Shown: positions 1 to 8,265, counted from the first letter of the stretch. The stretch: 32,000 bases of DNA from Raphidiopsis brookii D9 (GCA_000175855.1 ACYB01000031.1:1-32000), one strand, 5' to 3'. The notes: a model not told the origin generated them from the letters alone. Made by a program: numbers and translations.

Positions 1-122
1 AGAGTTGGATTTGCCCATATTTTCGGATTTATGCCTAGATATGCATAGGTTTTTAGAAGCGGTTTTGTCCCAGGTCAAACTGTTCCCTGATCCCCGGTGC
101 TGATTTCCCTCTAATTAAGAAT

Positions 123-131
123 TGCTATAAT
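123..131 (+). promoter_or_regulatory. Candidate extended -10 promoter element (TGcTATAAT) for the NYN gene
   Basis: The sequence TGCTATAAT lies about 50 nt upstream of ATG-180. I saw no good -35 hexamer, which extended -10 promoters tolerate. This is a hexamer match only. Confidence 0.3.
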
Positions 132-179
132 CTATTGTTTAAACTTACATTCTTATTTATTATTTAGGTGTAAATTTCT

Positions 180-701
180 ATGGTTTTGCCCATGAGTCGT
201 CTGTCTATTTTCGTAGACGGAAATAATATGTTCTATGCTCAACAAAAAAATGGCTGGTTTTTTGACCCGCGACGAGTGTTAGAATATTTTAAGAACGAAC
301 AACCTGAAACAACATTAATCAATGCTTTTTGGTACACTGGTTTAAAAGATCCTCAAGACCAACGTGGTTTCCGGGATGCACTTATTAGTTTAGGATATAC
401 GGTTCGCACGAAAATCCTCAAGGAATACTATGATGATGTTTCTGGACGTTATTCCCAAAAAGCAAATTTGGATATTGAAATTGTTGTGGATATGTTCAAT
501 ACCGTCGATCAGTATGACCGAGTAGTTTTATTTAGTGGAGATGGTGACTTTGAAAGGGCAATTGAGCTGTTACGCTCCAAAAATACCCATATTACTGTTG
601 TGTCTACAGAGGGCATGATTGCCCGAGAGTTACGTAATGCTACTGATAGATATATAGACCTGAACGATATTAAAGATCAAATAGAAAAAACCGAAGCTTA
701 G
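180..701 (+). CDS. NYN-domain (LabA/DUF88-like) protein, putative RNase-fold
   Basis: 173-aa ORF. It has the N-terminal IFVDGNN strand and a later LFSGDGDF motif typical of NYN/LabA-like proteins. AGGTG lies 9 nt upstream of the ATG. Confidence 0.8.
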   Translation: MVLPMSRLSIFVDGNNMFYAQQKNGWFFDPRRVLEYFKNEQPETTLINAFWYTGLKDPQDQRGFRDALISLGYTVRTKILKEYYDDVSGRYSQKANLDIEIVVDMFNTVDQYDRVVLFSGDGDFERAIELLRSKNTHITVVSTEGMIARELRNATDRYIDLNDIKDQIEKTEA

Positions 702-977
702 TAGAATTACACCTAATCTAGGCAGTGTCAAAAAGCAACAGTTAGATATGAATAAGGAGTCAGTAACTATGAGTGGGAATCAATGGATCCGTCGAACCAG
801 GCCAAGTCCCTAACCGCCAATTGATAAATTTGCTGGTCATTTGAAATTTAATTATACATCAGCTAGTTTTAAACTATTAATTCTACATTCTTTAAACTGA
901 CTCTTACATTCCTTTTAATAAAGTTCAAGGTATTTTAACCCTTACCAATTAGTTAACTTAAACCCAACTCGAAACCA

Positions 978-2570
978 ATGAACAATCAAGCAGATAGAAT
1001 TATCATCTTTGATACCACACTGCGAGATGGAGAGCAGTGTCCAGGAGCTACCTTAAACATTGAAGAAAAGCTGGTTATAGCCAAACAGTTGTCACGTTTA
1101 GGGGTAGATGTGATTGAAGCTGGTTTTGCTTTTGCCAGTCCGGGTGATTTTGCCGCAGTGAGCAAAATTGCTGAGACTGTAGGTTTGCCAGATGGTCCCA
1201 TTATTTGTAGTTTGGCTAGAGCTAAACAGGATGATATTAAAACAGCAGCTGCGGCTATTAAATCAGCAGCTAAGGGTCGAATCCATACTTTTTTAGCTAC
1301 TTCTGATATCCACCTACAGTACAAACTGAAGAAGACTCGCCCAGAAGTTGTATCTATAGCTCGAGACATGGTAGCATACGCTAAGAGTTTCACTAATGAT
1401 GTGGAATTTTCCCCTGAGGACGCTGGTAGATCGGACCCGGAATTTTTGTATGAGGTTTTAACTGAGGTGATAGCTGCTGGTGCAACTACGGTTAATATTC
1501 CTGATACAGTGGGCTATACCACTCCCGGAGAGTTTGGCAATTTGATTAGGGGGATTAAAGAAAATGTTCCCAATATAACCCAGGCTATCATTTCTGTACA
1601 TGGACATAATGACCTGGGTCTGGCGGTTGCTAACTTCTTAGAAGCAGTAAAGAATGGTGCTAGACAGCTGGAATGTACTATCAATGGTATTGGCGAAAGA
1701 GCTGGTAATGCTGCTTTAGAAGAATTGGTTATGGGTCTTCATGTCAGACGACAATATTTTAATCCGTTCTTTGGTAGACCCGCTGATTCGGAAGCACCTT
1801 TAACCAATATTGACACCAGACAAATTTATAAGACTTCTCGATTGGTTTCCAATTTAACCGGAATGTTGGTACAACCCAACAAAGCTATAGTCGGGGCTAA
1901 TGCTTTTGCCCATGAATCTGGCATTCACCAAGATGGAGTGCTCAAGAATAAACTCACTTATGAGATTATGGATGCCCAGTTGATTGGATTAACCGATAAC
2001 CAAATAGTATTGGGTAAACATTCTGGCAGGAATGCTTTTAGATCACGATTGAAAGAGTTAGGCTTTGAATTGTCGGAGAATGATCTCAATAAGGCATTTA
2101 TTCGTTTTAAGGATGTAGCAGACAAAAAGAAGGACATCTCAGATTGGGATTTGGAAGCTATTGTTAATGATGAAATTAAACAAGTTCCCGATTTGTTTAA
2201 AATTGAGTTGGTGCAGGTTTCCTGTGGTAGTAATGCTAGACCCACTGCTACCGTAACTCTTCGCACCCCAGATGGTCAAGAACTGACTGATGCGGCCATA
2301 GGTACAGGACCAGTGGACGCGGTTTATAGGGCTATCAATCGAGTGGTGAATGTGCCTAATGATCTGATAGAATTTTCTGTACAATCGGTGACAGCTGGAA
2401 TTGATGCTTTGGGAGAGGTAACCATTCGTCTGCGTTACGAGTCCCGTGTATTTTCTGGTCATGCAGCTAATACAGATATAATTGTAGCTTCTGCTCAAGC
2501 TTATGTGAATGCTTTGAATAGGCTATATGCAGCTATCAATCAAAAAACCAATCAAGAGGTTACGGCTTAA
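978..2570 (+). CDS. leuA: 2-isopropylmalate synthase
   Basis: 530 aa. The N-terminus [17 protein letters not shown] and the HxH motif ([10 protein letters not shown]) match the LeuA/HMGL-like TIM barrel. A C-terminal LeuA dimerisation/regulatory domain is present. Confidence 0.95.
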   Translation: MNNQADRIIIFDTTLRDGEQCPGATLNIEEKLVIAKQLSRLGVDVIEAGFAFASPGDFAAVSKIAETVGLPDGPIICSLARAKQDDIKTAAAAIKSAAKGRIHTFLATSDIHLQYKLKKTRPEVVSIARDMVAYAKSFTNDVEFSPEDAGRSDPEFLYEVLTEVIAAGATTVNIPDTVGYTTPGEFGNLIRGIKENVPNITQAIISVHGHNDLGLAVANFLEAVKNGARQLECTINGIGERAGNAALEELVMGLHVRRQYFNPFFGRPADSEAPLTNIDTRQIYKTSRLVSNLTGMLVQPNKAIVGANAFAHESGIHQDGVLKNKLTYEIMDAQLIGLTDNQIVLGKHSGRNAFRSRLKELGFELSENDLNKAFIRFKDVADKKKDISDWDLEAIVNDEIKQVPDLFKIELVQVSCGSNARPTATVTLRTPDGQELTDAAIGTGPVDAVYRAINRVVNVPNDLIEFSVQSVTAGIDALGEVTIRLRYESRVFSGHAANTDIIVASAQAYVNALNRLYAAINQKTNQEVTA

Positions 2571-2645
2571 ACAAGAATGGTTGGGGAGTGGTAATTGCTC
2601 ACTAATCCCCGATTCAAACCTAACTAAACTACCTAATAAATAGCG

Positions 2646-3692
2646 ATGAAAGCACAAGTATTTAGAGGCGTAAATCAGTTATCCTACGAGGAAGTTCCAG
2701 TTCCTCATTTAACACCGGAGGAGGTACTAGTGCAAGTAAGAGTGGTGGGTTTATGTCAATCGGATATTAAAAAGATTCGTTATCCTCTGTATGAACCCCC
2801 ACGGATTTTTGGACACGAAACCGCTGGCACTATTGCTGCAGTGGGTTCTCAAGTCAAAGGTTGGAACGTGGGAGACCGGGTAGCAGTGATGCATCATATA
2901 CCCTGTATGCGCTGCGCCTATTGCCTGAATGAAAATTTTTCCATGTGCGATGTCTATAAAAATATATCTACCACAGCAGGTTTCAACCCCAGTGGAGGGG
3001 GTTTTGCCGAATACGTGAAGGTGCCAGGTCATATTGTGGAAAACGGAGGTTTAATCCCCATTCCTGACCATATTAGTTTTGAAGAAGCCAGTTTTGTAGA
3101 ACCTACTAATTGCTGTCTAAAAGCTGTAAAAAAAGCTCAAATAGCACCAGGACAAACAGTGTTAATTACTGGAGCAGGTCCGATTGGGTTAATGTTTATT
3201 ATGTTGGTGCAATATTTTGGTGCTAAGGCGATCGCCACGGATCTTTTGCCATCCAGAATTGAAAAAGCTGTGGAGATAGGAGCAGAAGCAGCATTTGATG
3301 CTCGTGATCCAGACTTGGCTAAAAAAGTCCAAGACTTAACGGGAGGAATGGGTGCGGATGTGGCATTGTTGGCAGTTCCCAGCGACAAGGCTTTTTTTCA
3401 AGCCTTGAACTGTACCCGCAAAGGCGGCAAAATACTCTTTTTTGCCGAATTCCCTGACGAGGTAGAAATACCCATTAACCCCAATATTCTCTATCGTAGA
3501 GAAATAGACTTAATAGGAAGTTATAGTTCCTCCTATAGGTTACAAAGCCTAGCAGCAGATATAGTTTTTAGTCGCCGCATTAACGTTCAGGCGTTAATTA
3601 GCGATCGCTATCCCTTAGAAAACTTACATCAAGCAGTAGAGCAGGCGATCGCACCCGCAGCAGAAACCTATAAGATCTTAATTTACCCATGA
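2646..3692 (+). CDS. Zinc-dependent medium-chain alcohol/threonine/sorbitol dehydrogenase family protein
   Basis: 348 aa. It has the GHETAG catalytic-zinc motif, a structural-zinc Cys cluster (CMRCAYCLNENFSMC) and a GAGPIGL Rossmann motif. Substrate cannot be assigned by eye. Confidence 0.85.
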   Translation: MKAQVFRGVNQLSYEEVPVPHLTPEEVLVQVRVVGLCQSDIKKIRYPLYEPPRIFGHETAGTIAAVGSQVKGWNVGDRVAVMHHIPCMRCAYCLNENFSMCDVYKNISTTAGFNPSGGGFAEYVKVPGHIVENGGLIPIPDHISFEEASFVEPTNCCLKAVKKAQIAPGQTVLITGAGPIGLMFIMLVQYFGAKAIATDLLPSRIEKAVEIGAEAAFDARDPDLAKKVQDLTGGMGADVALLAVPSDKAFFQALNCTRKGGKILFFAEFPDEVEIPINPNILYRREIDLIGSYSSSYRLQSLAADIVFSRRINVQALISDRYPLENLHQAVEQAIAPAAETYKILIYP

Positions 3693-3723
3693 AAGGAACC
3701 ATTATAAGTAGGATGAAAGCAAA

Positions 3724-4971
3724 TTGATTATTGCAGGCTTATTATCATTCTATCTTGCATTTAACCTGGGTGCTAATGATATAGCTAACTCCATGGGAAC
3801 ATCTGTAGGATCAAAAGCAGTTACACTCAAACAGGCCATGATCATAGCGGGGGTTTTAGAATTTGGGGGTGCTGTATTATTTGGGGGAGGTGTGACAGAA
3901 ACCCTAGGGACGAAAATTGCCCATCCGGAATTGTTTATCACCACACCCAGAACCCTGTTGTTAGGGATGATGGCAGTGCTTATATCTTCAGGATTATGGC
4001 TGCAACTAGCTACAGCTCTATCTTTACCCGTATCATCATCTCATGCGGTAGTTGGTGCTATTGCTGGCTTTACCTGGATAGCAGCGGGTATAGATAGTAT
4101 AGACTGGCAAGCCATTAGATCTATAACCGTTGTTTGGGTATTTACACCCATAATAAGTGCTACTATAGCTGCTATTTTTTATAGTATAATCCAGAATTAC
4201 ATATTATCCCCAACCAACTCCCAGCAAAGATTACAGGAATGGATTCCCTGGTTAAGTATGATTGTTCTGAGTATATTTGGAGCCATAGTGTTGGTTCCCT
4301 TAGCGGAATCAATAACCAGGTTTTTCAATCAACAGGTGGGGTTACAGATCCCTTCACATAGTATTGCCATTTTTACTATTGTGGTTGGCATTATTGTCAT
4401 GACAATATATAGTTGGAAGCAAGTGGAAAATACCACCGGGCAAATTTCAGCATCCCCCATCCACAACTACATAGAAGGATTATTTGCCAAGTTTCAACTT
4501 TTAAGTTCTTGCTTTGTTGCTTTTGCCCATGGTGCTAACGACATTGGCAATGCAATTGCTCCTTTGGCAGTAATTTCCTACATTGACCAAACCCAGAAAG
4601 TTCCTCTTCATGGAATCACTATTCCTGGATGGGTAATAATTTTAGGAGGTGTAGGAATAGTCAGCGGATTAGGGATTTGGGGTAGAAAAGTGATCACCAC
4701 CATTGGTGAAAATATTATCCCTCTGCAACCAAGTGCAGGATTTTGCGCTGAATTAGCTACTGCTACCACTGTTTTGTTAGCATCTCGCCTAGGTTTACCC
4801 GTATCCACATCCCATGGGATCGTAGGTAGTATAATAGGAGTTGGATTAGTCCAAAGCCCTCGTTTAATTGACTTTTCTACCATTCGAGGAATCACCGCAG
4901 CTTGGCTAATTACAGTTCCTATTAGTGCCGTTATGAGTGCTCTAATCTTCATTATTATCCGGACTGAATGA
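3724..4971 (+). CDS. Inorganic phosphate transporter, PiT (PHO4) family
   Basis: 415 aa and polytopic. The PiT signature is duplicated, as GANDIANSMGTSVGS in the N-half and GANDIGNAIAP in the C-half. The in-frame stop at 3709-3711 leaves TTG-3724 as the only start, and AGGA lies about 10 nt upstream. Confidence 0.9.
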   Translation: MIIAGLLSFYLAFNLGANDIANSMGTSVGSKAVTLKQAMIIAGVLEFGGAVLFGGGVTETLGTKIAHPELFITTPRTLLLGMMAVLISSGLWLQLATALSLPVSSSHAVVGAIAGFTWIAAGIDSIDWQAIRSITVVWVFTPIISATIAAIFYSIIQNYILSPTNSQQRLQEWIPWLSMIVLSIFGAIVLVPLAESITRFFNQQVGLQIPSHSIAIFTIVVGIIVMTIYSWKQVENTTGQISASPIHNYIEGLFAKFQLLSSCFVAFAHGANDIGNAIAPLAVISYIDQTQKVPLHGITIPGWVIILGGVGIVSGLGIWGRKVITTIGENIIPLQPSAGFCAELATATTVLLASRLGLPVSTSHGIVGSIIGVGLVQSPRLIDFSTIRGITAAWLITVPISAVMSALIFIIIRTE

Positions 4972-5015
4972 CAAAAAATTAAATAACTCTTCAAGGTGTT
5001 AGAGGTAAGAAACTA

Positions 5016-7049
5016 ATGGGTCCACTTGAGAAGCGACCAGAAAAACAACGTACTAGAAATGACCTATCTAGGTCAACAGAAAATGCCCTTTGGGACATGG
5101 TGGAGGATTTAGAAAATCTCCAACAGAATGTTTTACGAGCTTTGCAGGATGATGTGAAGCGGTTAGAAGGTGAGAAAAGTCGTTTAGGTAAGGATATTGA
5201 AAGATTAACGGAAGAAAAGGAAAAATTGCAACAAACACGACAAATTGCTGAACAACAAGTTTTAATTCGCCAACTGGCGGAAGTTTTGTCCAAGCACATA
5301 TCTTCTCAATTGCAGTCTTCCTTAAAGATTTTGGTTAGTCAAGCACAGTTAGTAAAGACAGAATCTTCTGACCAGGTAGCCATGAAATGGGCAGAAGTTA
5401 ATGCCAAAATAGCTGGTCAGATAAGTGAGAATATTACGGAGATAGTTAACAATTTAGACAATAATTTGACAATCGCTTTTAGTTCTCTACAGGAGGAATT
5501 AAAGAATTATCAAGGTCATCTTTCCCAACAGTTTTTAAAAATCTATGATCAACAACGACAAGGAGAACAAGTTTTAACAGCTTATGTTAGTCGGTTACAA
5601 ACTGAGTTAGACAAAGCTAAACAAATAAATTCCCAGGTGTTTGTGACGGGAGGATCGCCAACCGTACTACAGCTAGGACAAACTCAGTACGGGAATGGAT
5701 TTTTGTCCAAATCTCCAGAGCAAAGGGAATCACCGGAGGAGCAAGATTCCATTCTAGAACCAGTGTCAGAAAGTTCAATTGTGCTTGCACCACAATCACT
5801 ACCTCAAGAATTATCGAAAGATGTGTCAGCTCCCCAAAGCTGCCATTCTTCACCCCTTGAACAAGTTGAAGAAGTTACAGTGGAGGAAGTAACCGCTTCA
5901 ATTACTGATAGTTTAGCAAACAAAACAACTACCCATTTTTCTGTAGATACAATCATAAGTACGCCACATATTCCCATAAATACACCATATCAAGAACCTG
6001 CTTTTGAGCGAAAATTGCCCAAAAATAATAGACCTATCTCATCACTACAAATAGGGTTTCTGTGTTTAGGTTTATACACAGTTGTCTCCTCCCTTTATAA
6101 CGTCATCATCCGGGCATTTTTCTGGGAGGGTTCTCAACTTTTAGGAGAGTTCCAGAAAGGGGGTCTATTATTGCCAACCTTGGGTAATATTTTCCTTTTA
6201 TTAATGCTGAGACTGCTAGTAGTTCTACCATTAATGTTGCTTTTGGCTCCTACTTTGCATCCACCAATTTGGCAAGAAATTAAAAATCTATTCCGGAAAC
6301 CTAACAAAAAAAATGGCACCCATACCACAGGAAAACAACTACTGATTCTATCAGTTTTAAGTGGTGGGTGTCTATTCTTATCTGAGTTGTTTATTTACGT
6401 TGCTATTAGTCAGCTAACCGTAGGGGTAGCCATGAGTTTATTTTTTGTCTACCCCCTAGTGACTGGAATATTGGCTTGGTTCCTCTTGAGTGAACGCCCT
6501 AGTCCGGTGAAGATTGGTGCTATTTTTGGTATCCTAGGCGGTCAATTATTCATCCTTAGCAGTCCCACCACTACCAACACCCTGGCAAGTATTTCCGCAA
6601 TTCTTTCCGGAATAGCTTTTGGCACCTACCTTATTATTTCTAGGTTGTCTGCATCCGCAATCCATCCTATTTCTTTTGCTCTTCTTAACTTCACTAGTAT
6701 GCTACTATTAAGCTTTTTTTCCCTATTAGTACCATTACCATCTAACTGGAGTATCATACTGAAATCATCTGGTTTCTTAGAATTAGTTCTCGGCGCTTTT
6801 ATGTTGGCTGTTCTCACCCTTGGTGCTTGGTTGCTAAAAAGTTTAGGCACTAACAAGCTAGAATTGAAATTTTATACTCTATTTAGAGCTTTTACTCCCA
6901 TTTTTACCATGATCTTGGCCGGACTAATGATTCGAGAAAATTTGGATTTACCCCAGATCATAGGAGTTATAATGGTCACGGGTGGAGCATCGGTTATTAG
7001 CTGGGAGAAAATGCACAATCGACCCAAAATCACTAATCCTCAAATTTAG
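5016..7049 (+). CDS. Fusion protein: N-terminal coiled-coil plus S/P/E/Q-rich linker plus C-terminal 10-TM EamA/DMT-type transporter domain
   Basis: 677-aa ORF. Residues 25-200 are heptad-like and E/K/Q/L-rich. Residues 200-330 are low complexity. From about residue 335 there are repeated hydrophobic helices with an EamA-like segment (VGVAMSLFFVYPLVTGILAWFLLSERPS...GILGGQLFI). Confidence 0.75.
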   Translation: MGPLEKRPEKQRTRNDLSRSTENALWDMVEDLENLQQNVLRALQDDVKRLEGEKSRLGKDIERLTEEKEKLQQTRQIAEQQVLIRQLAEVLSKHISSQLQSSLKILVSQAQLVKTESSDQVAMKWAEVNAKIAGQISENITEIVNNLDNNLTIAFSSLQEELKNYQGHLSQQFLKIYDQQRQGEQVLTAYVSRLQTELDKAKQINSQVFVTGGSPTVLQLGQTQYGNGFLSKSPEQRESPEEQDSILEPVSESSIVLAPQSLPQELSKDVSAPQSCHSSPLEQVEEVTVEEVTASITDSLANKTTTHFSVDTIISTPHIPINTPYQEPAFERKLPKNNRPISSLQIGFLCLGLYTVVSSLYNVIIRAFFWEGSQLLGEFQKGGLLLPTLGNIFLLLMLRLLVVLPLMLLLAPTLHPPIWQEIKNLFRKPNKKNGTHTTGKQLLILSVLSGGCLFLSELFIYVAISQLTVGVAMSLFFVYPLVTGILAWFLLSERPSPVKIGAIFGILGGQLFILSSPTTTNTLASISAILSGIAFGTYLIISRLSASAIHPISFALLNFTSMLLLSFFSLLVPLPSNWSIILKSSGFLELVLGAFMLAVLTLGAWLLKSLGTNKLELKFYTLFRAFTPIFTMILAGLMIRENLDLPQIIGVIMVTGGASVISWEKMHNRPKITNPQI

Positions 7050-7250
7050 TCTTGTCAAGACGTAAGACTGTTGGCTAAATGAGGTTTCAAAGTTATTTTC
7101 AGACTCTTATAAACTAGAAACAACAAGGTTGTTATAAAATTTTGTTAAAATCATGGAAGTTTGGCTTACATTTGGCAGAACATCGCAACATTAGGTATCT
7201 TAAACATCAAAACCGTCAAGTTGGTTATGCTATAAACACTGGTGGAGATT

Positions 7251-7452
7251 AGGGTAAATGGCGATCGCTCTTAGGTGAAGGGGAGAAAATATTAGTAATG
7301 TTAGAAATAGAATTGCCTTAATCTCTCAATCCATATATATAAAGGTGAGTAATAAGGAAAAATTATGGTTATGAGGGGTTGAGATAAGTTTTTTTGTGGT
7401 TGAAGGGGTGGAAATGTGGTACTATGAGAGTTGAGTATAATGGAGTATGAGC
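7251..7452 (+). repeat. Direct repeat copy A of a non-coding module; contains a roughly 31-bp internal insertion or partial re-duplication at 7371-7401
   Basis: It aligns to 7557-7727. Positions 7287-7370 match 7598-7681 with a single mismatch, and 70 bp are perfect (7287-7356 = 7598-7667). The unit starts with AGGGTAAAT-GCGATCGC. Confidence 0.9.
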
Positions 7453-7480
7453 ATTTGTAAAAAAAAGTGGACAGATTTCC

Positions 7481-7509
7481 ATTATCAGGCTATCACGTCC
7501 GACGGTCAA
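7481..7509 (-). promoter_or_regulatory. Candidate sigma70-type promoter on the minus strand (TTGACC-N17-GATAAT) in the spacer between the two repeat copies
   Basis: The reverse complement reads TTGACC (7509-7504), a 17-nt spacer, then GATAAT (7486-7481). It would fire leftward into repeat copy A. This is a sequence match only. Confidence 0.25.
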
Positions 7510-7556
7510 TAGTCAACCCCCTTCAAAAAAAATTTCGTGGCGCTGTAATGGGAGAT

Positions 7557-7727
7557 AGGGTAAATAGCGATCGCTCTTTCGCGAATGGGGGAATATCAAA
7601 TATTAGTAATGTTAGAAATAGAATTGCCTTAATCTCTCAATCCATATATATAAAGGTGAGTAATAAGAAAAAATTATGGTTGAAGGGGTAGAAATGTGGT
7701 ATTATGAGGGTTGAGTACAAGCGAATA
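7557..7727 (+). repeat. Direct repeat copy B of the same module, carrying TGgTATTAT (7697-7705), an extended -10-like element facing the DUF29-like gene
   Basis: See copy A. Copy A carries TGgTACTAT at the equivalent position (7417-7425). Confidence 0.9.
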
Positions 7728-7794
7728 CTTAATGACCTGAGTTTAATTCTTGAATTGCTCAGAGCCTTTGCTACAGGATTATGAGAATAAGACG

Positions 7795-8223
7795 ATGGAG
7801 GAGTTATTACTGTTAAGTAAATTAATCAAAGATCAAGATTATAATCAAGCTTTGGAACTGGTCGCTCAGCTTGAGGAAATGTCTCGAGAAGATAAATTAA
7901 GCAAGATTTACGCTTATACAGTAATATTGTTAATACATCTAATCAAACAAGAAGCAGAAGGTCGCAGTACTCGCTCTTGGGAATTTTCAATATATAATAG
8001 CAGTAAAGAAATCAAGAAAATCAATAAGCGCAAAAAAACAGGAGGTTTCTACGCTAACCAAGAGGAACTAGAGGAAATCTTAACCGATGCTTTTGATACT
8101 GCTATTAAAAAAGCTGCACTGGAAGCTTTTGAAGGAATATATTCATCCCAAGAGCTAGGTGAAAAGATTAATGCGCAAGCTATTAAAACCAAAGCAATGA
8201 CCATGATGGTAGAAAAATCATAG
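7795..8223 (+). CDS. Hypothetical helical protein, remote DUF29-like
   Basis: The ORF track starts at TTG-7750. ATG-7795 (MEELLLL...) is more plausible. The segment LEEMSREDK...ILLIHLIKQEAEGRSTRSWEFSIYNSSKEIKKI resembles the DUF29 core (E-x-M/L-G-R-x-E-K ... LL-x-HLLKW ... R-S-x-SW-x-x-T-I). It lacks the usual N-terminal YEQDFY motif. Confidence 0.55.
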   Translation: MEELLLLSKLIKDQDYNQALELVAQLEEMSREDKLSKIYAYTVILLIHLIKQEAEGRSTRSWEFSIYNSSKEIKKINKRKKTGGFYANQEELEEILTDAFDTAIKKAALEAFEGIYSSQELGEKINAQAIKTKAMTMMVEKS

Positions 8224-8254
8224 CGATCGCCCAGGTTCTTCCCCGAGCGATCGC
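8223..8254. terminator. Candidate bidirectional hairpin formed by two HIP1 octamers (GCGATCGC-N16-GCGATCGC) between the convergent DUF29-like and chlH genes
   Basis: The two self-complementary octamers at 8223-8230 and 8247-8254 can pair as an 8-bp GC-rich stem. The element sits between the stop codons at 8221-8223 and 8266-8268. There is no clear U-tract. Confidence 0.3.
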
Positions 8255-8265
8255 CACTAATAACC

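Noticed and set aside
1-103. Window-edge ORF fragments: plus frame 2-103 (…ELDLPIFSDLCLDMHRFLEAVLSQVKLFPDPRC-stop), and a minus-strand ATG at 18-16 running out of the window
   Set aside because: Either could be a real gene end or gene start. With at most 33 codons and no recognisable motif, I cannot choose between them or support either as a feature.
748-813. The small ORF upstream of leuA as a classical leucine attenuation leader peptide
   Set aside because: It has no Leu codons, and I found no obvious terminator/antiterminator alternative pairing. It is kept only as a generic uORF observation.
986-2498. Antisense ORFs inside leuA (986-1393, 1958-2266, 2139-2498, minus strand)
   Set aside because: They are fully embedded opposite a very well supported gene. 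Their translations are low complexity with no recognisable motifs. They are typical shadow ORFs.
4608-5299. Minus-strand ORFs 4608-4994 and 4991-5299, opposite the PiT 3' end and the coiled-coil region
   Set aside because: They are antisense to well-supported genes. The second mirrors the repetitive coiled-coil codons, a known source of long shadow ORFs.
7467-7691. 74-aa ORF on the plus strand spanning the inter-repeat spacer and repeat copy B
   Set aside because: It has a GTG start with no SD. The product is low complexity. It runs through the repeat in a frame that the paralogous copy A does not keep open. It is best explained as a chance ORF in non-coding repeat DNA.
7251-7727. Possibility that the repeated units form a CRISPR array
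   Set aside because: There are only two copies. The units are 170-200 bp with a 306-311 bp period. There is no short palindromic repeat/spacer alternation and no cas genes in the window.
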